DNA of 64,000 bases from Octopus sinensis (lineage: Eukaryota), in assembly GCF_006345805.1 (NCBI RefSeq), contig NC_043003.1, positions 63,736,001-63,800,000 on the forward strand, given 5' to 3'. This document shows, piece by piece, positions 1 to 11,687 of this stretch. The translations under genes were made by a program, and so were the position numbers. The notes beneath the pieces were generated by a model that ran no database searches, was not told where the DNA came from, and saw only the letters and a list, made by a program, of their open reading frames with translations. Numbering within the stretch: position 1 is the first letter of the stretch; the number at the start of each line of letters is the position of its first letter.

Positions 1-13
1 TACAATACTCTCC

Positions 14-98
<85 letters not shown>
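14..98. repeat. (TAA)n microsatellite, probably the tail of the adjacent minus-strand SINE
   Basis: Near-perfect TAA run directly abutting the 3' end of the SINE at 99-310. Confidence 0.95.
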
Positions 99-310
99 CC
101 TTTCTTCCATAGGCACAAGGCCTGAAATTTGTAGGGAGGGGACTAGTAGATCACATCGACTCCAATGTTCAACTGGTATTTCTTTTATGCGAGCTCGAAA
201 GGATGAGAGTCAAAGCCGACCTTGGCAATGTTTGAACTCCGAAGGTTAGGACGGACGAAATACTGCCAGGCATTTAGTCCAGATCGGTAACAGTTCTGCT
301 AGCTCGCCGC
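99..310 (-). mobile_element. tRNA-derived SINE family A, diverged full-length copy
   Basis: Minus strand reads GCGGCGAGCTAGCAGAAC (A-box region), GGAGTTCAAAC (B box), then the core shared with many other copies in the window. Confidence 0.8.
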
Positions 311-1066
311 ATCAAATATTGATATTAGTTACGTAGAGTAGAACAGTCGCACCTTATTTCTCAACAGAAAACAATAGATGAAACTTGAGTAGGCTGAGGT
401 TTAGTATGAGAGCTTACATCAATTGTATCAGATGAGACTCTTAATTGGAGGCTTTGTTGGTGAGAAAAGCTTCTTGTAAGCCAAAGAACAATTACTGGCG
501 GACAGATATAAAGCAAACAAGCGGTAGAATATTAAATTTCACTTGAATGTGCACTTGGAAGTGTTTTAACGTTTTCAACAGTGGAAAAACTAAGTCAATA
601 AACATAACTGTATTTCGTTTTTCTTTCTTTTCAGCAACAAAATAAACAGAGAACACGAACCTATTCCATTAACTTTCCTAATAACACCTGGATTTGAAAC
701 AGCAACAATTCCAAATACGAGTGGAAATAAAGAAAAGATACACGAGTTGAAATAAAAACACAAGTACAGGTGTTCCCGTAAGAAATAAAAATTGCATTGA
801 GAAAGAAAAAAGCATCCATTCATGCAACGAATGATATAAAACGACAGGAAACGTGACTCAGAAGATAAACAGTATAGAGTAATTCATTAAACTAGTTAAC
901 AGGGTGTGTACTAAGTCATACCAAACCGCCATTTCTAAAATGAGCAGATGGTGTACAGTTGATGTAGTTCAGCTTCTTTTTACTCACACAAGCGCACAAG
1001 CCATATATATATATATATATATAAATATACACCCATATCCTATCCTGTTCTGTTCACTCTACTCCT

Positions 1067-1100
<34 letters not shown>

Positions 1101-1348
1101 TTACATGCAGATAACAAACACACGTGTAAATAATCAGTTCGAAAAATTTCCCGTATTCCAATAGCGGTAAATAATAAGGATAAATATTTATCTATGGCTA
1201 GTAGTAGTAGTAGTAGTAGTATCAGCAGAAGCAGTGCGATAGCGTCAATTATTTTTTTCGTAATCAGAGACAACCATAAGTTGTTGGTCAGTTTTTCTGA
1301 CTTCAAAGGAGAAAAGATACGAAGACATCTGATAACATTCAGAAGTTC

Positions 1349-1398
1349 TGCTGCTGTTGTTGCTGCTGCTGCTGCTGTTGTTGTTGCTGTTATTGTTG

Positions 1399-1467
<69 letters not shown>

Positions 1468-1742
1468 TTGTTGTTGCTGTTGTTGCCGCGGCTGTTGTTG
1501 TTCTTGCCGTTGTTGCGGCTGCTGCTGTTGTTGTTGTTGTTACTACTGCTATTGTTGTTGCTGCTGCTATCGTTGTTACTGTTGTTGTTGTTGTTGTTGT
1601 TATTACTGCTGCTGTTGATGTTGTTATTGCTGTTGCTGCTGCAGTTGTTGTTGTTGTTCTTGTCGTTGTTGCGGCTGCTGTTGCTGTTGCTATTGTCGCT
1701 GTTGTTGCTGCTGCTGCTACTACCGCTGCTATTGTTGCCAGC
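1349..1742. repeat. Compound (GCT/GTT)n trinucleotide low-complexity tract
   Basis: About 390 bp of alternating GCT and GTT triplets; it explains the poly-A/V/T/L ORFs at 1040-1946. Confidence 0.95.
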
Positions 1743-1760
1743 AATTTCGGTGAAGAATGT

Positions 1761-1968
1761 AAGTCGATTATATCGACCCTAGTGCGTAACTGGTACTTAA
1801 TTTATCGACCCCGAAAGGATGAAAGGCAAAGTCGACCTCGGCGGAATTTGAACTCAGAACGTAGCGGCAGACGAAATACTTATTTCTTTACTACCCACAA
1901 GGGGCTAAACGCAGAGGGGACAAACAAGGACAGAAAAACGGATTAAGTCGATTACATCGACCCCAGTG
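1761..1968 (-). mobile_element. SINE family A fragment spanning a concatemer junction
   Basis: Core (tcgaccccgaaaggatgaaaggcaaagtcgacctcggcggaatttgaactcagaac) joined to the tail (tatttctttactacccacaagggg) of the next monomer. Confidence 0.85.
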
Positions 1969-2178
1969 CATCCATTCTTTGAACTTTGGTAAGAGGTTCG
2001 ATATCTCATTTTGTGTTGTTGAGAAAAAGGGAACAATGTTTTCGGGAAGCAACAATCGGCGGACGTTGTCTGCTTCCCCCACCAACCATCTTTTAATTTT
2101 TTCATTCCTTTATCATTTGTGTCTTTGTCCAGCTCACAGCTGCATCATTGTAAGGCTGCATGGCCAATTTATGAAATA

Positions 2179-2520
2179 AAGAAGCTTGCTTCCCAACCAC
2201 ATGGTTTTGGGTTCAGTCCCACTGCGTAAAACCTTGGGTAAGTGTCTTCTGCTATAGCCACAGGCCGACCAAAGCCTTGTGAGTGGAATCGGTAAACGGA
2301 AACTGAAAGAAACCCGTTGTATATGTGTGTGTATTTGTGTGTCTGTGTTTGTCCCCCCACCATCGCTTGACAACCGATGTTGGTGTGTTTACGTTCCCGT
2401 AACTTAGCGGTTCGGCAAAAGAAACCGATAGAATAAGTCTTGGGGTCGATTTGTTCGACTAAAGGAGGTGCTCCAGCATGGCCGCAGTCAAATGACTGAA
2501 ACAAATAAGAGAATAAAAGA
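2179..2520 (+). mobile_element. tRNA/CORE-like SINE family B
   Basis: Head aagaagcttgcttcccaaccacatgg..gggttcagtcccactg, CORE-like ccttgggtaagtgtctt, internal TG microsatellite, right arm ending ccgcagtcaaatgactgaaacaa. More than 15 related copies or fragments occur in the window. Confidence 0.85.
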
Positions 2521-3180
2521 ATAAATTGAATAACAATGGCGATCCAGCAGAATAAAACACGAATCAAAGCGGTCTAATGGCAAAAGATAGTTGAGAACCG
2601 CTTCTTTACAGGGTCTCCAAGACCGATGAGAGAGAACTGAACGAACTCCGATAAAGGCACCGCAGTGCCAATCAAGTAGTTGTATTAATTCTACAACTGA
2701 AGCAGGCCATGGAGGATTTTGAACTCAGAACGCAATATAGATATCGCAAGGCATCTTATCTTATAGTTTCACCAATTCACTGTCCTGAATCGGTACTTGG
2801 TTTTATCGACCCTGAAAGGATGAAATGCAAAGTTGGACCTGGCGGGATTTGAACCCAAAATGTAAAGAGTCGAAACAAATACTGCACGACGCTCTGGCGA
2901 CTTGCTCCAAATACTCACAACAGAGTGGATTCAGTTAAAGATATTTTATAGCTGGGTGCTTATATTAAAACTGGCGACGAATTACGTCTAAATCCCAGAA
3001 CAGGAACAGTACTACTGATGGGCTTCCGAGCAGTTTCCGCCTACCATATTTCACTCACAACGTATTGACTGACCCGCCTGCATGGTAGAAAACACACGCT
3101 GAAAAGATACGTATTGTGAATTCGAACCCAAAACCACGAAGTTTCAAAGAGAATTTCTGGATCTCACAATCATGCCTGTG

Positions 3181-3474
3181 GAGTAATATGGCTTAGTGGT
3201 AAAAGCAGCGAACTCGCGGTCGTGGGATCGTGGGTTCGAATCTCAGACCGAGCGATGTGTGAATTTATGAACGAAACACCTAAGCTCCACGCGACGTCGC
3301 CAGAAGGTAATGGTGAACCTCTGCTGACTCTTTCGCCACAACTTTCTCTCACTCTTTCCTCCTGCATCTTGCAGCTCAACTGCAACGGACCGGCGTCCCA
3401 TCCAGGTGGGGAACCTATATGCCAATGAAACTGGCCCTTACGAGCCAGGCTTGCCTCGAGAAAGAACAAACAAC
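3181..3474 (+). mobile_element. tRNA-derived SINE family C (V-SINE-like central motif)
   Basis: A box tggcttagtggt, B box gggttcgaatc, central ggcgtcccatccaggtggg; homologous inverted copy at 28046-28325. Confidence 0.75.
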
Positions 3475-4166
3475 ACAATCATACCTAGAACCGATTCACT
3501 TAAAGAAGTATTATACAGACTTCACTGAAACATTGATTTCATTTGATAGCCATCACTGCTTCATAATTGTAGAAAATGCAGTTGAGATACATTAACTTTC
3601 ATGTTTGTCTTATCATCCTAGCAGACTTTTTGAAATAAAAGGGTTTTTTTAAGGAAAAATGAACTGGAACTGGGCTGTGGTCTAGGTTTTGAGAGAATGT
3701 ACACCTCTTAGGCGGTAAGCACCATTAGTGATTTTTTCAAAAAATATGTTTTTAGGCACGAACCGAGTTTGATAATTAGAGAAGAAACTGCTCGAAGAAG
3801 AGGCTAGCCACAAGAGGACCAAGAAAGTAAGGACACGGCCATAAGCGGACCAAGAAACACACAACTCAGACAATTATAACATGAAACTAACCCTTTCCTT
3901 TCCAATTCATGTTTTCAGACTTTTAGTTAGTTCTTGTTTCATACCTTTTGAGTAACATTAAGGATTTCTTTCAAAAGTTTCAAATTACTCTTGTGGCTGA
4001 AAAAAAAAAAAGAAAATTAGGAATGTGTATCGTAAATGATGCGTGGGCGCCAGAGAAATGTAACGTGTGTTTCACATGTGATCCACAGAAGAGACAAAGG
4101 GTAAAGTTAAGTAATATATCTACGTCTGGGCATCATAAACTGTGTTGTCTGAATGTTAAAGTTTCT

Positions 4167-5125
4167 TATTTCTTTATTGCTCATAAAGGGCTAAACATAA
4201 TGGGGACAAACAAGACAGACAAAGAGATTAAGTCGATTACAGTTCGTAACTGGTACTTAATTTATCGACCCCGAAAGGATGAAAGGCAAAGTTGACCTCG
4301 GTGGAATTTGAACTCAGAACGTAACAGCGGACGAAATACCTATTTCTTTACTACCCACAAGGAGCTAAACACAGAGGGGAAAAACAAGGACAGACAAATG
4401 GATTAAGTCGATTATATCGACCCCAGTGCGTAACTGGTACTTATTTAATCGACCCCGAAATGATGAAAGGCAAAGTCGACCTCGGTGGAATTCGAACTCA
4501 GAACGTAGCGGCAGACGAAATCCCCATTTCTTTACTATCCACAAGGGACCAAACACAGAGGGGACAAACAAGGACAGACAAACGGATTAAGTCGATTATA
4601 TCGACATCAGTGCGTAACTGGTACTTAATTTATCGACCCCGAAAGGATGAAAGGCAAAGTTGACCTCGGTGGAATTTGAACTCAGAACGTAACAGCGGAC
4701 GAAATACCTATTTCTTTACTACCCACAAGGAGCTAAACACAGAGGGGAAAAACAAGGACAGACAAATGGATTAAGTCGATTATATCGACCCCAGTGCGTA
4801 ACTGGTACTTATTTAATCGACCCCGAAAGGATGAAAGGCAAAGTCGACCTCGGTGGAATTCGAACTCAGAACGTAGCGGCAGACGAAATCCCCATTTCTT
4901 TACTATCCACAAGGGGCCAAACACAGAGGGGACAAACAAGGACAGACAAACGGATTAAGTCGATTATATCGACATCAGTGCGTAACTGGTACTTAATTTA
5001 TCAACCCCGAAAGGATGAAAGGCAAAGTCGACCTTGGCGGAATTTGAACTCAAAACGTAACGGCAGACGAAATACGGCTACGCATTTCGCCCGGCGTGCT
5101 AACGTTTCTGCCATCTCGCCACCTT
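4167..5125 (-). mobile_element. SINE family A concatemer: about 5 monomers of ~184 bp with a 368-bp dimeric higher-order repeat, capped by a complete tRNA head
   Basis: Identical ORFs at 4365-4571 and 4733-4939 give a 368-bp period. Monomers alternate diagnostic variants (gttgac..gtaacagcg vs gtcgac..ttcgaac..gtagcggca). Confidence 0.92.
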
Positions 5126-5545
5126 TCTGAGTGTTAAAGTTAGATTATATAGCTTTATACATTTCCAGCAACAAAAACGTAAATGATATATCGAATAATT
5201 GGACAACGTGTTCACTACTTCACTGGTATACGTGCAAATACAATGCAATCTAATGCCGTGAAGTTTCAAGCATTTAGCTGTCAGCCGTCTAACACATTGC
5301 AAGCTTAGATGCACAAAGTCAGATATCAAAACCTATATGAGATCTGATGGGAAAGAGTGGGTATTATAATGAGTAATGACGCATCGTTTTGCGTATATGA
5401 TTAAAAACAGCAGCGTGCAGACGATTGGCAGGATGGATCTCGAAAACACCGAGAACAAAAGAACAATAGGTCCGTTGAGGAGCATGTGAAAGACACTTAT
5501 TTTCAAATGTGTGGGAAATTTCTCACAGCTATTGTCTCTTCATAA

Positions 5546-5835
5546 TGGCCTTCCTACTATAGGCAGAAGACCTGAAATTTGAAGTGGGGATGGGGGCTAG
5601 TCTATTACATCGACCCCAGTACTTAACTGGCAAAATTAACCTCGGCGAAATTTGAACTCAGAACGTAAAGACGAACGAGATACCGCTAGACATTTTGCCC
5701 GGCGTGCTAACGACCCCGCCACCTCGCCGCTTTATAATATCCTTTCTATTATGGGCAGAAGACCTGAAAGTTGGGGGAGGGGGATAGTCGATTACATCGA
5801 CCCCAGTACTCAACTGGTACTTATTTATTCGACCC
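5546..5835 (-). mobile_element. Two adjacent SINE family A copies (one internally deleted, one 5'-truncated)
   Basis: The tail segment ggcagaagacctgaaa..gtc.attacatcgaccccagtact occurs twice; head at ~5690-5732. Confidence 0.7.
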
Positions 5836-6534
5836 TCACCGCCTTATAATATCAAGATCACTATTGAACTGGAAGGAATTTAATGACCCTACATTTACAG
5901 AATTGTTTTTATACTTTCCGATGAATTACTGGGAGGTGTCTACAATTTTAAAACCTCTTCACAGGGGCATGAAAGATATATCTTTTATCTTTTTTTTTGC
6001 TTCGGTCATTGGACTGCAAGCAAGAATTTAGTCGAACATATTGACCCAGTATTTATTTTTTAGTGACTTACGTATTCTGCTCGTTGATTGTCAGCTGTTT
6101 CAAGTTTCTGTCGGAGGAAAAACTATGCGTTTTTTCCATGTTATTACTACAGAAATCTGAACTATTATATTTCCCAACAGCACCTAAACTGAACTTTAAT
6201 TTCATTGGAGATCTTTTAGTCACATTCCTTCAACTCATACCCTTCTGTCTTAAAACTGGAAGGATACATTGCACAAGGGTAGTGAAAGCTGGAACTTCTT
6301 TCATAGTAACATATTTATGTGCGCGTGCTTGTGTGTGTGTTTGTGTGAACACAGGGTGGTGCAAAAGTAGGTATACAGTTAAGAGAAAAAGGAAAACACG
6401 TAAATACTCATTTATTTTTATAAAAAAAAAGAATTAAAAGCTATGATAAAAATATTATTATAGTTATGATAAATGGATTATTATGCTTAATGACACTGAA
6501 AATATCAAAAATGAGGCTAAATAATTTAATATGC

Positions 6535-7005
6535 GGATCTCTTCGGTTTGAACGGCAGTTTTTAAAAATAATTTCCACGTAACTAAACACTTTTAAACTT
6601 CGTATACTGGTAGAATGTGTTTATAAAACCTCTTTTTCTTTTGGCTTTATTGAGAAAATTCTATAGTTTGTAAGATATTTGTTGTTTTTTTTCTTCAATT
6701 TCTGCAATTTCAACCAACCAACCAATCAATGACGTCTATTGAGGTAAAAAACATTCTGTGCCGTATGAATATTCCCTCGTTTAAGAAACAGATTGGGTTT
6801 ATTTACATTTGTGAAGAAAAAAAGATACCCTTCCCTCCACCCCTAACCCTAACTCTAACCCTAACTCTAACCCTAACCCTAACTCTAACTAACCCTAACC
6901 CTAAAACAGATTGAAATGCAATAGATCGATACTAGGGTCATAATTATGGGTGACAATTTCATATGACACCGCTAGAAAAAACTGCCGTTCAAACCGAAAA
7001 GATCC
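6535..7005. mobile_element. MITE with 29-bp TIRs and 8-bp TSD, Merlin-like
   Basis: TIRs ggatctcttcggtttgaacggcagttttt / aaaaactgccgttcaaaccgaaaagatcc (1 mismatch). TAATATGC flanks both sides (6527-6534, 7006-7013). GG termini with an 8-bp TSD fit Merlin. Confidence 0.85.
6841..6904. repeat. Interstitial telomere-like (CCCTAA/CTCTAA)n inside the MITE
   Basis: About 10 hexamer units of the TTAGGG type, including TTAGAG variants. Confidence 0.9.
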
Positions 7006-9054
7006 TAATATGCTAATAATTTTAATGAATTATTATAACATTGATGCGATACTTACTGTATACCTACTTTTGCTCCACCCTGTGTGTGTGGAGAAGTTCG
7101 AATATCTATCGTGCCGAGATTATTGTCAGTCACACGATGTACAGTAATAAGTAAGTATTTGATTTCGACTATTGATTAAGTATTTAATTTTTTACATCAA
7201 ATTCTATTGACAAATGAATCAATGTCACCCCAGTCCGTTTCCTCTTCCTTAAAAAAGATATCAATCTTGTTTAATATTGTCTATTCACATATACAAAAAT
7301 AAAACATCAGATAGTTCGAATATTTTGCCTGATTTAAGCGAAAATAGAAAGCAACTTTTTGTTGATTGATATATTCTGTGTCGCCTTTCATGAAAATGAT
7401 TTTGCTTTCAGTGTCATGGATATGAATTTGAATAGCTAATCATGTAAGGCTTCAAAGACGTCGATATATCTTTAATCTTCTTTAAGGTCAGTACGAAAGG
7501 CAAGGGCATCGTACACATGGCCAAATCAGAATAAATAAATACCACTAAAATTTGTAGGAGCAATTCTCTCAAGTATCTTCTGTCGTTTTTTCATAGCCTT
7601 TATCTACGTTGGCCTTAATGTAGCATGAAAAACATAATTCAACGAAATCTTTAAAGTCATAATATTTCACTTTTTTAGGAAGAAGCAAAGAGGGTAGTTT
7701 ATAAAGCGGTAAAATCTGGAGATTTTACTATTTTATAAATCAAAGAAACACTTGGTACAGTAGTTCTCTGCGTCGACAAAAAGTCATCCAAAGCAGAGTT
7801 CGTAGAAAAGGTCAGTGGATTAATTTATCTCGGGGACGTGAAAGAAATTAACGTTTCCAGATCTTGGTGGTCATCGTGAAAGCAAAATTGAGAATAAAAC
7901 AATTGATAAAGTGCATCGGTGATGTAGAGTGGTTGACGAGAGGAAGACGGTTAGGGGTGGAGGCCAATGAGATGTGATGTGAGTAGTGTGTAAGCTGCAC
8001 AATGAGAGAGGAAGTAATGAATAATAGAAGTGGAGGGATTTGTAACAATATCTGGGTAAGTTGAAATCGAAGGGATATAATGACGGTCAGGTGAGGTGAG
8101 TTGAAAGGTAAATGAGAACGTAGAGCAAAGGAAGAGAAGGGGGATAAGGATAGGCATGTACGCAATAACAGAGATTTATACACAAAGAGGTGAAGAAAGG
8201 AATAGCAGTAATACAATAGGGCCTCGCCTCACTGCGATTGTATTTTAGCATTCAGAATGTTTCCTTGAGTTATTTCCTCATAGACTTAGTGTACATCTCA
8301 TATACACGTGCACGCTCACATCTATGTGCATGCGTGCATGTGTGCAAATGTATGCATGTGTGTGCGTGTGTAAGTGTATGCATATGTGTGTGTGTACTTG
8401 GTAGAATCAGTAAGCTATGAGCCTTCTACTATATCTGTTTATTTTATTTCTTTTTCTTCTCCTCCTCCTTCTTCTCCTTCTCCTTCTTTTTCTTCTTCTT
8501 CTCCTCCCCTCCTTCTCCTTCTCTCATTGTTTTTCTTTCTCTTTTTCTTCCCCCTCTTTTTCTTTCTCTTTCTCTCCCTCTGAATTTGTGACCAAACAAA
8601 TGCCACTTCCTTTATATCTTTCTTCCCCCCTCTCTCTCTCTCCTTCCCTATTCTCTTTCTTCCCATCTCTCTCTTCCTCTCCTTATCCCCTTTTCTCTTT
8701 CTTTCAGAAGGGTAAATACTCGATACGTTAGCTTCTTTCAATCTTAATGACAAACCAACTCGCTCTGTGTGCGCATGTGTGTGTAGAGGTGGATGTAGAC
8801 AAAATAGAATGCCTTATACATAATATAACAGAACTCACTTCAACAATTTGTGCTGATAATGTTGCATAAATAATTTGCAGGAATCTAACAAATTTATTTT
8901 GAATTATTGATTACGTTGATGATCGCTTCTAATTTCAGTCTAATAAATTATATCGATTCACATACAACGAAAAGATAATACAATATGGATGAATTATGTA
9001 CAACAATAAGTTATCTATTTACTGATTAACAGTACAAAATTTTAATACATAATT

Positions 9055-9370
9055 TAAAATAACAAATGTTTTATCTTCTTCGTTTAATTTATGATGGCGA
9101 ATATCGAAAGAATCCTGGAGTAACGTTATTCAAAATAATACACAGCTCGGTGATCAGGAAGTCTCTCTAGGTCAAGATGCTACTTCGGATTGAGTGGTCA
9201 CATCTCTGGAACTAAAATAACAAATGTTTTATCTTCTTCGTTTAATTTATGATGGCGAATATCGAAAGAATCCTGGAGTAACGTTATTCAAAATAATACA
9301 CAGCTCGGTGATCAGGAAGTCTCTCTAGGTCAAGATGTTACTTCGGATTGAGTGGTCACATCTCTGGAAC
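9055..9370. repeat. 158-bp direct tandem duplication
   Basis: 9055-9212 versus 9213-9370; I see a single substitution (9180 C vs 9338 T). Confidence 0.92.
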
Positions 9371-10544
9371 TACGGATATGTTATTAGAATATCGCTGGAA
9401 GAAATCGTATGACGGATTCTTCAAACCGAGCAAACCGGCTTGACATCTACGGGAAATCAAGAACGAGATGGTTAGCTAATACTCATAACCTCTGTTTAGT
9501 CACGCCGGGGAATCCAGCTGAAAAGTTAAATGACAGTCGCTTCCGATGGAACCTATGGGAGAGGTGGAGGAGAATTCTACCCCCATGACTCTCCGATGGA
9601 TAGCGGGAGAAAATGGATGGATGGATGGATGGATGGATGAATGGATTATTGCACGCTGACATAATTGTTTGTGGATGCTGAGTGTACAGCAGTTTTCTCA
9701 ACGATTTTCTCATCCAATACTTGATATATTACAGAACTATATGCGGAAAAAAAAAATGATTGCTCTACCAATGAATGATTTTCGTGACATGCCTTTCGAA
9801 TTCCTAGTCTGAACATTTGGACAAAGCGCTTTGCTTTGCTGCCTGAAACCAGATGAAAAACAGGTGGCGTCGAATGTCGAATGTTTTGCATTCGTTTTAT
9901 TGCAAAACTGTTTAAATTTAGTTTATGTAAATTTAGTTATTGTTGAATATAATTGCTTTGGACAACCCTTATATGAAGTTTTGTCAGTTCAGTGTTTATG
10001 AGTTGTTGGCGATGTTGGTGGAGCAAGTCAAGAACAAGTCAATGACAATCACAATGTATTTTTATCCAATGACAAAACGATGCTTAATTCAAAATGTCGT
10101 CGACTTTTGTCTTTTATCTTTCACTTGCTTCAATCATTAGACTGCGGCCATGCTGGAGCAGCGCCTTGAAAGGTTTTAGTCGGACAAATCAACACCAGTA
10201 TTTTTTTAAGTCCGGTATTTATCCTATCAGATTCTTTTGCCGAACCCAATATTTTTTTTATATTATAATATAACATACTATGAATATAAGATAACATAAA
10301 AATTATTAAACACCCAAACGAGCCAACTATATTTGTTCCGACTTATATACACTATTTGATTTATAAACAATTTATATCCATTTATATAAGTCTCTTCAGT
10401 GTTTTGGTTCAAAAGACAGACGAAATTCCGTGTGAAAGGACGGCTGGATTGTAAAAACATTAATTCAAATGCGTATATTTTTGTGAGCGTAACTACATAA
10501 CCATTACAATTGAAAAAAAAAATTATAACGGACAAAATAATTAA

Positions 10545-10765
10545 GTTCAATTCCCGGCGACGTGTTGTGTCCTTGAGCAAGACACTTTATTTCACGTTGA
10601 ACCAGTCCACTCAGCTGGCAAAAAAAATGAATCTCCCTGACAACTACGTTAAGAGTACACGTGTCTGTGGAGTGTTCAGCCACTTGCACGTTAATTTCAC
10701 GAGCAAGCTGTTCCGTTGATCCGATCAACCAGAACACTCGTCGTCGTGACCGACGGAGCGCTCCT
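10545..10765 (+). mobile_element. CORE-type SINE, 5'-degraded, with an RTE-like tail
   Basis: CORE-like gtgttgtgtccttgagcaagacacttt; tail gatccgatcaaccagaacactcgtcgtcgtgaccgacggag. Confidence 0.6.
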
Positions 10766-11003
10766 CAAAGTGTATATATATATATATATATATATATTCA
10801 CGTGTGTGTGTGTTTGACTGTGTTTACCCCCACCTCCGCTTGACGACCGATGTTTGTGTGTTTACGTCCTCACAATCTATAAATAAAATGAGAGAATAAG
10901 TACCAGGCTTTAAAAATTAAGTACTGTGGTCCAAGTTCAACTAAAATATTTCAAGCCAGTACTCACGCATGGCCACAGTCTAATGACTGAAACAAGTAAC
11001 AGG

Positions 11004-11068
<65 letters not shown>

Positions 11069-11210
11069 TCACTGTGATCCGTGTGTAGGAGAGGTGCAGC
11101 CAGAGGGTAAATGTCCGTAGAGGTCCGTAAAGGTGAAAGCTCAGTGGAGAAGAGTTCGTTGTGGTAGAGAAGATGGGATCAACAAGTGAGACCACGTGAG
11201 CGCGTGAAAT

Positions 11211-11623
11211 ATAAAGGGAAAGTTTATGAAAATAAACAAAAGACGAAGACAGGTGGTGTACAAAACAAACAGATCTATTAATATAGCGCTCAGGAATAGA
11301 AAAAGTCTTTTACGTTTCGAACCTACGCTCTTTTACTGAAAGGTACACAGAAAAAAATAAGGAGAGAAACAAGGAGAGAAAAAAGTGTGTGTAGTGGCTA
11401 ACGATCTATTATGGCGTCTTTTTTCTATCCTTTTTTTTCTCTCCTTTTTTCTCTCTTTTTCTCTCCTTGTTTCTCTCCTTGTTTTTTCTGTGTACCTTTC
11501 TGTAGAAGAGCGTAGGCTCGAAACGTAAAAGACTTTTTCTATTCCTGAGCGCTATACTAATACAACTGTTTGTTTTGTACATTACCTGTCTTCGTCTTTT
11601 ATTTATTTTCATAAACTTTCCCT

Positions 11624-11627
<4 letters not shown>
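11211..11627. mobile_element. Inverted pair of Penelope-like terminal repeats (pLTRs) with hammerhead-like motifs
   Basis: 11211-~11385 is the reverse complement of ~11440-11627. The same sequence forms the end of the Penelope remnant at 40.2-40.45 kb. Confidence 0.75.
11496..11531 (+). ncRNA. Minimal type I hammerhead-like motif, non-canonical core CUGUAGA
   Basis: cttt-CTGTAGA-A-GAGC-gtag-GCTC-GAAACGTA-aaag: stem I, stem II and palindromic ACGU stem III present, but U at the A6 position. Confidence 0.5.

Positions 11628-11687
<60 letters not shown>

Noticed and set aside
1040-1946. Long ORFs of 141-250 aa (mucin-like or hydrophobic)
   Set aside because: They are translations of a GCT/GTT microsatellite, open on both strands. 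The same applies to the ORFs at 20.9-21.4, 26.9-27.2, 34.4-35.0 and 41.0-41.4 kb.
4167-5125. CRISPR-like regular repeat array
   Set aside because: Whole 184-bp units repeat with no unique spacers, there are no cas genes, and the units are SINE-derived.
6841-6904. True telomere or chromosome-fusion site
   Set aside because: Short, in one orientation, and enclosed by TIRs and a TSD.
7840-8220. Degraded LINE endonuclease (DFNLP-like motif on the minus strand)
   Set aside because: A single weak motif amid stop codons; cannot be supported without a profile search.
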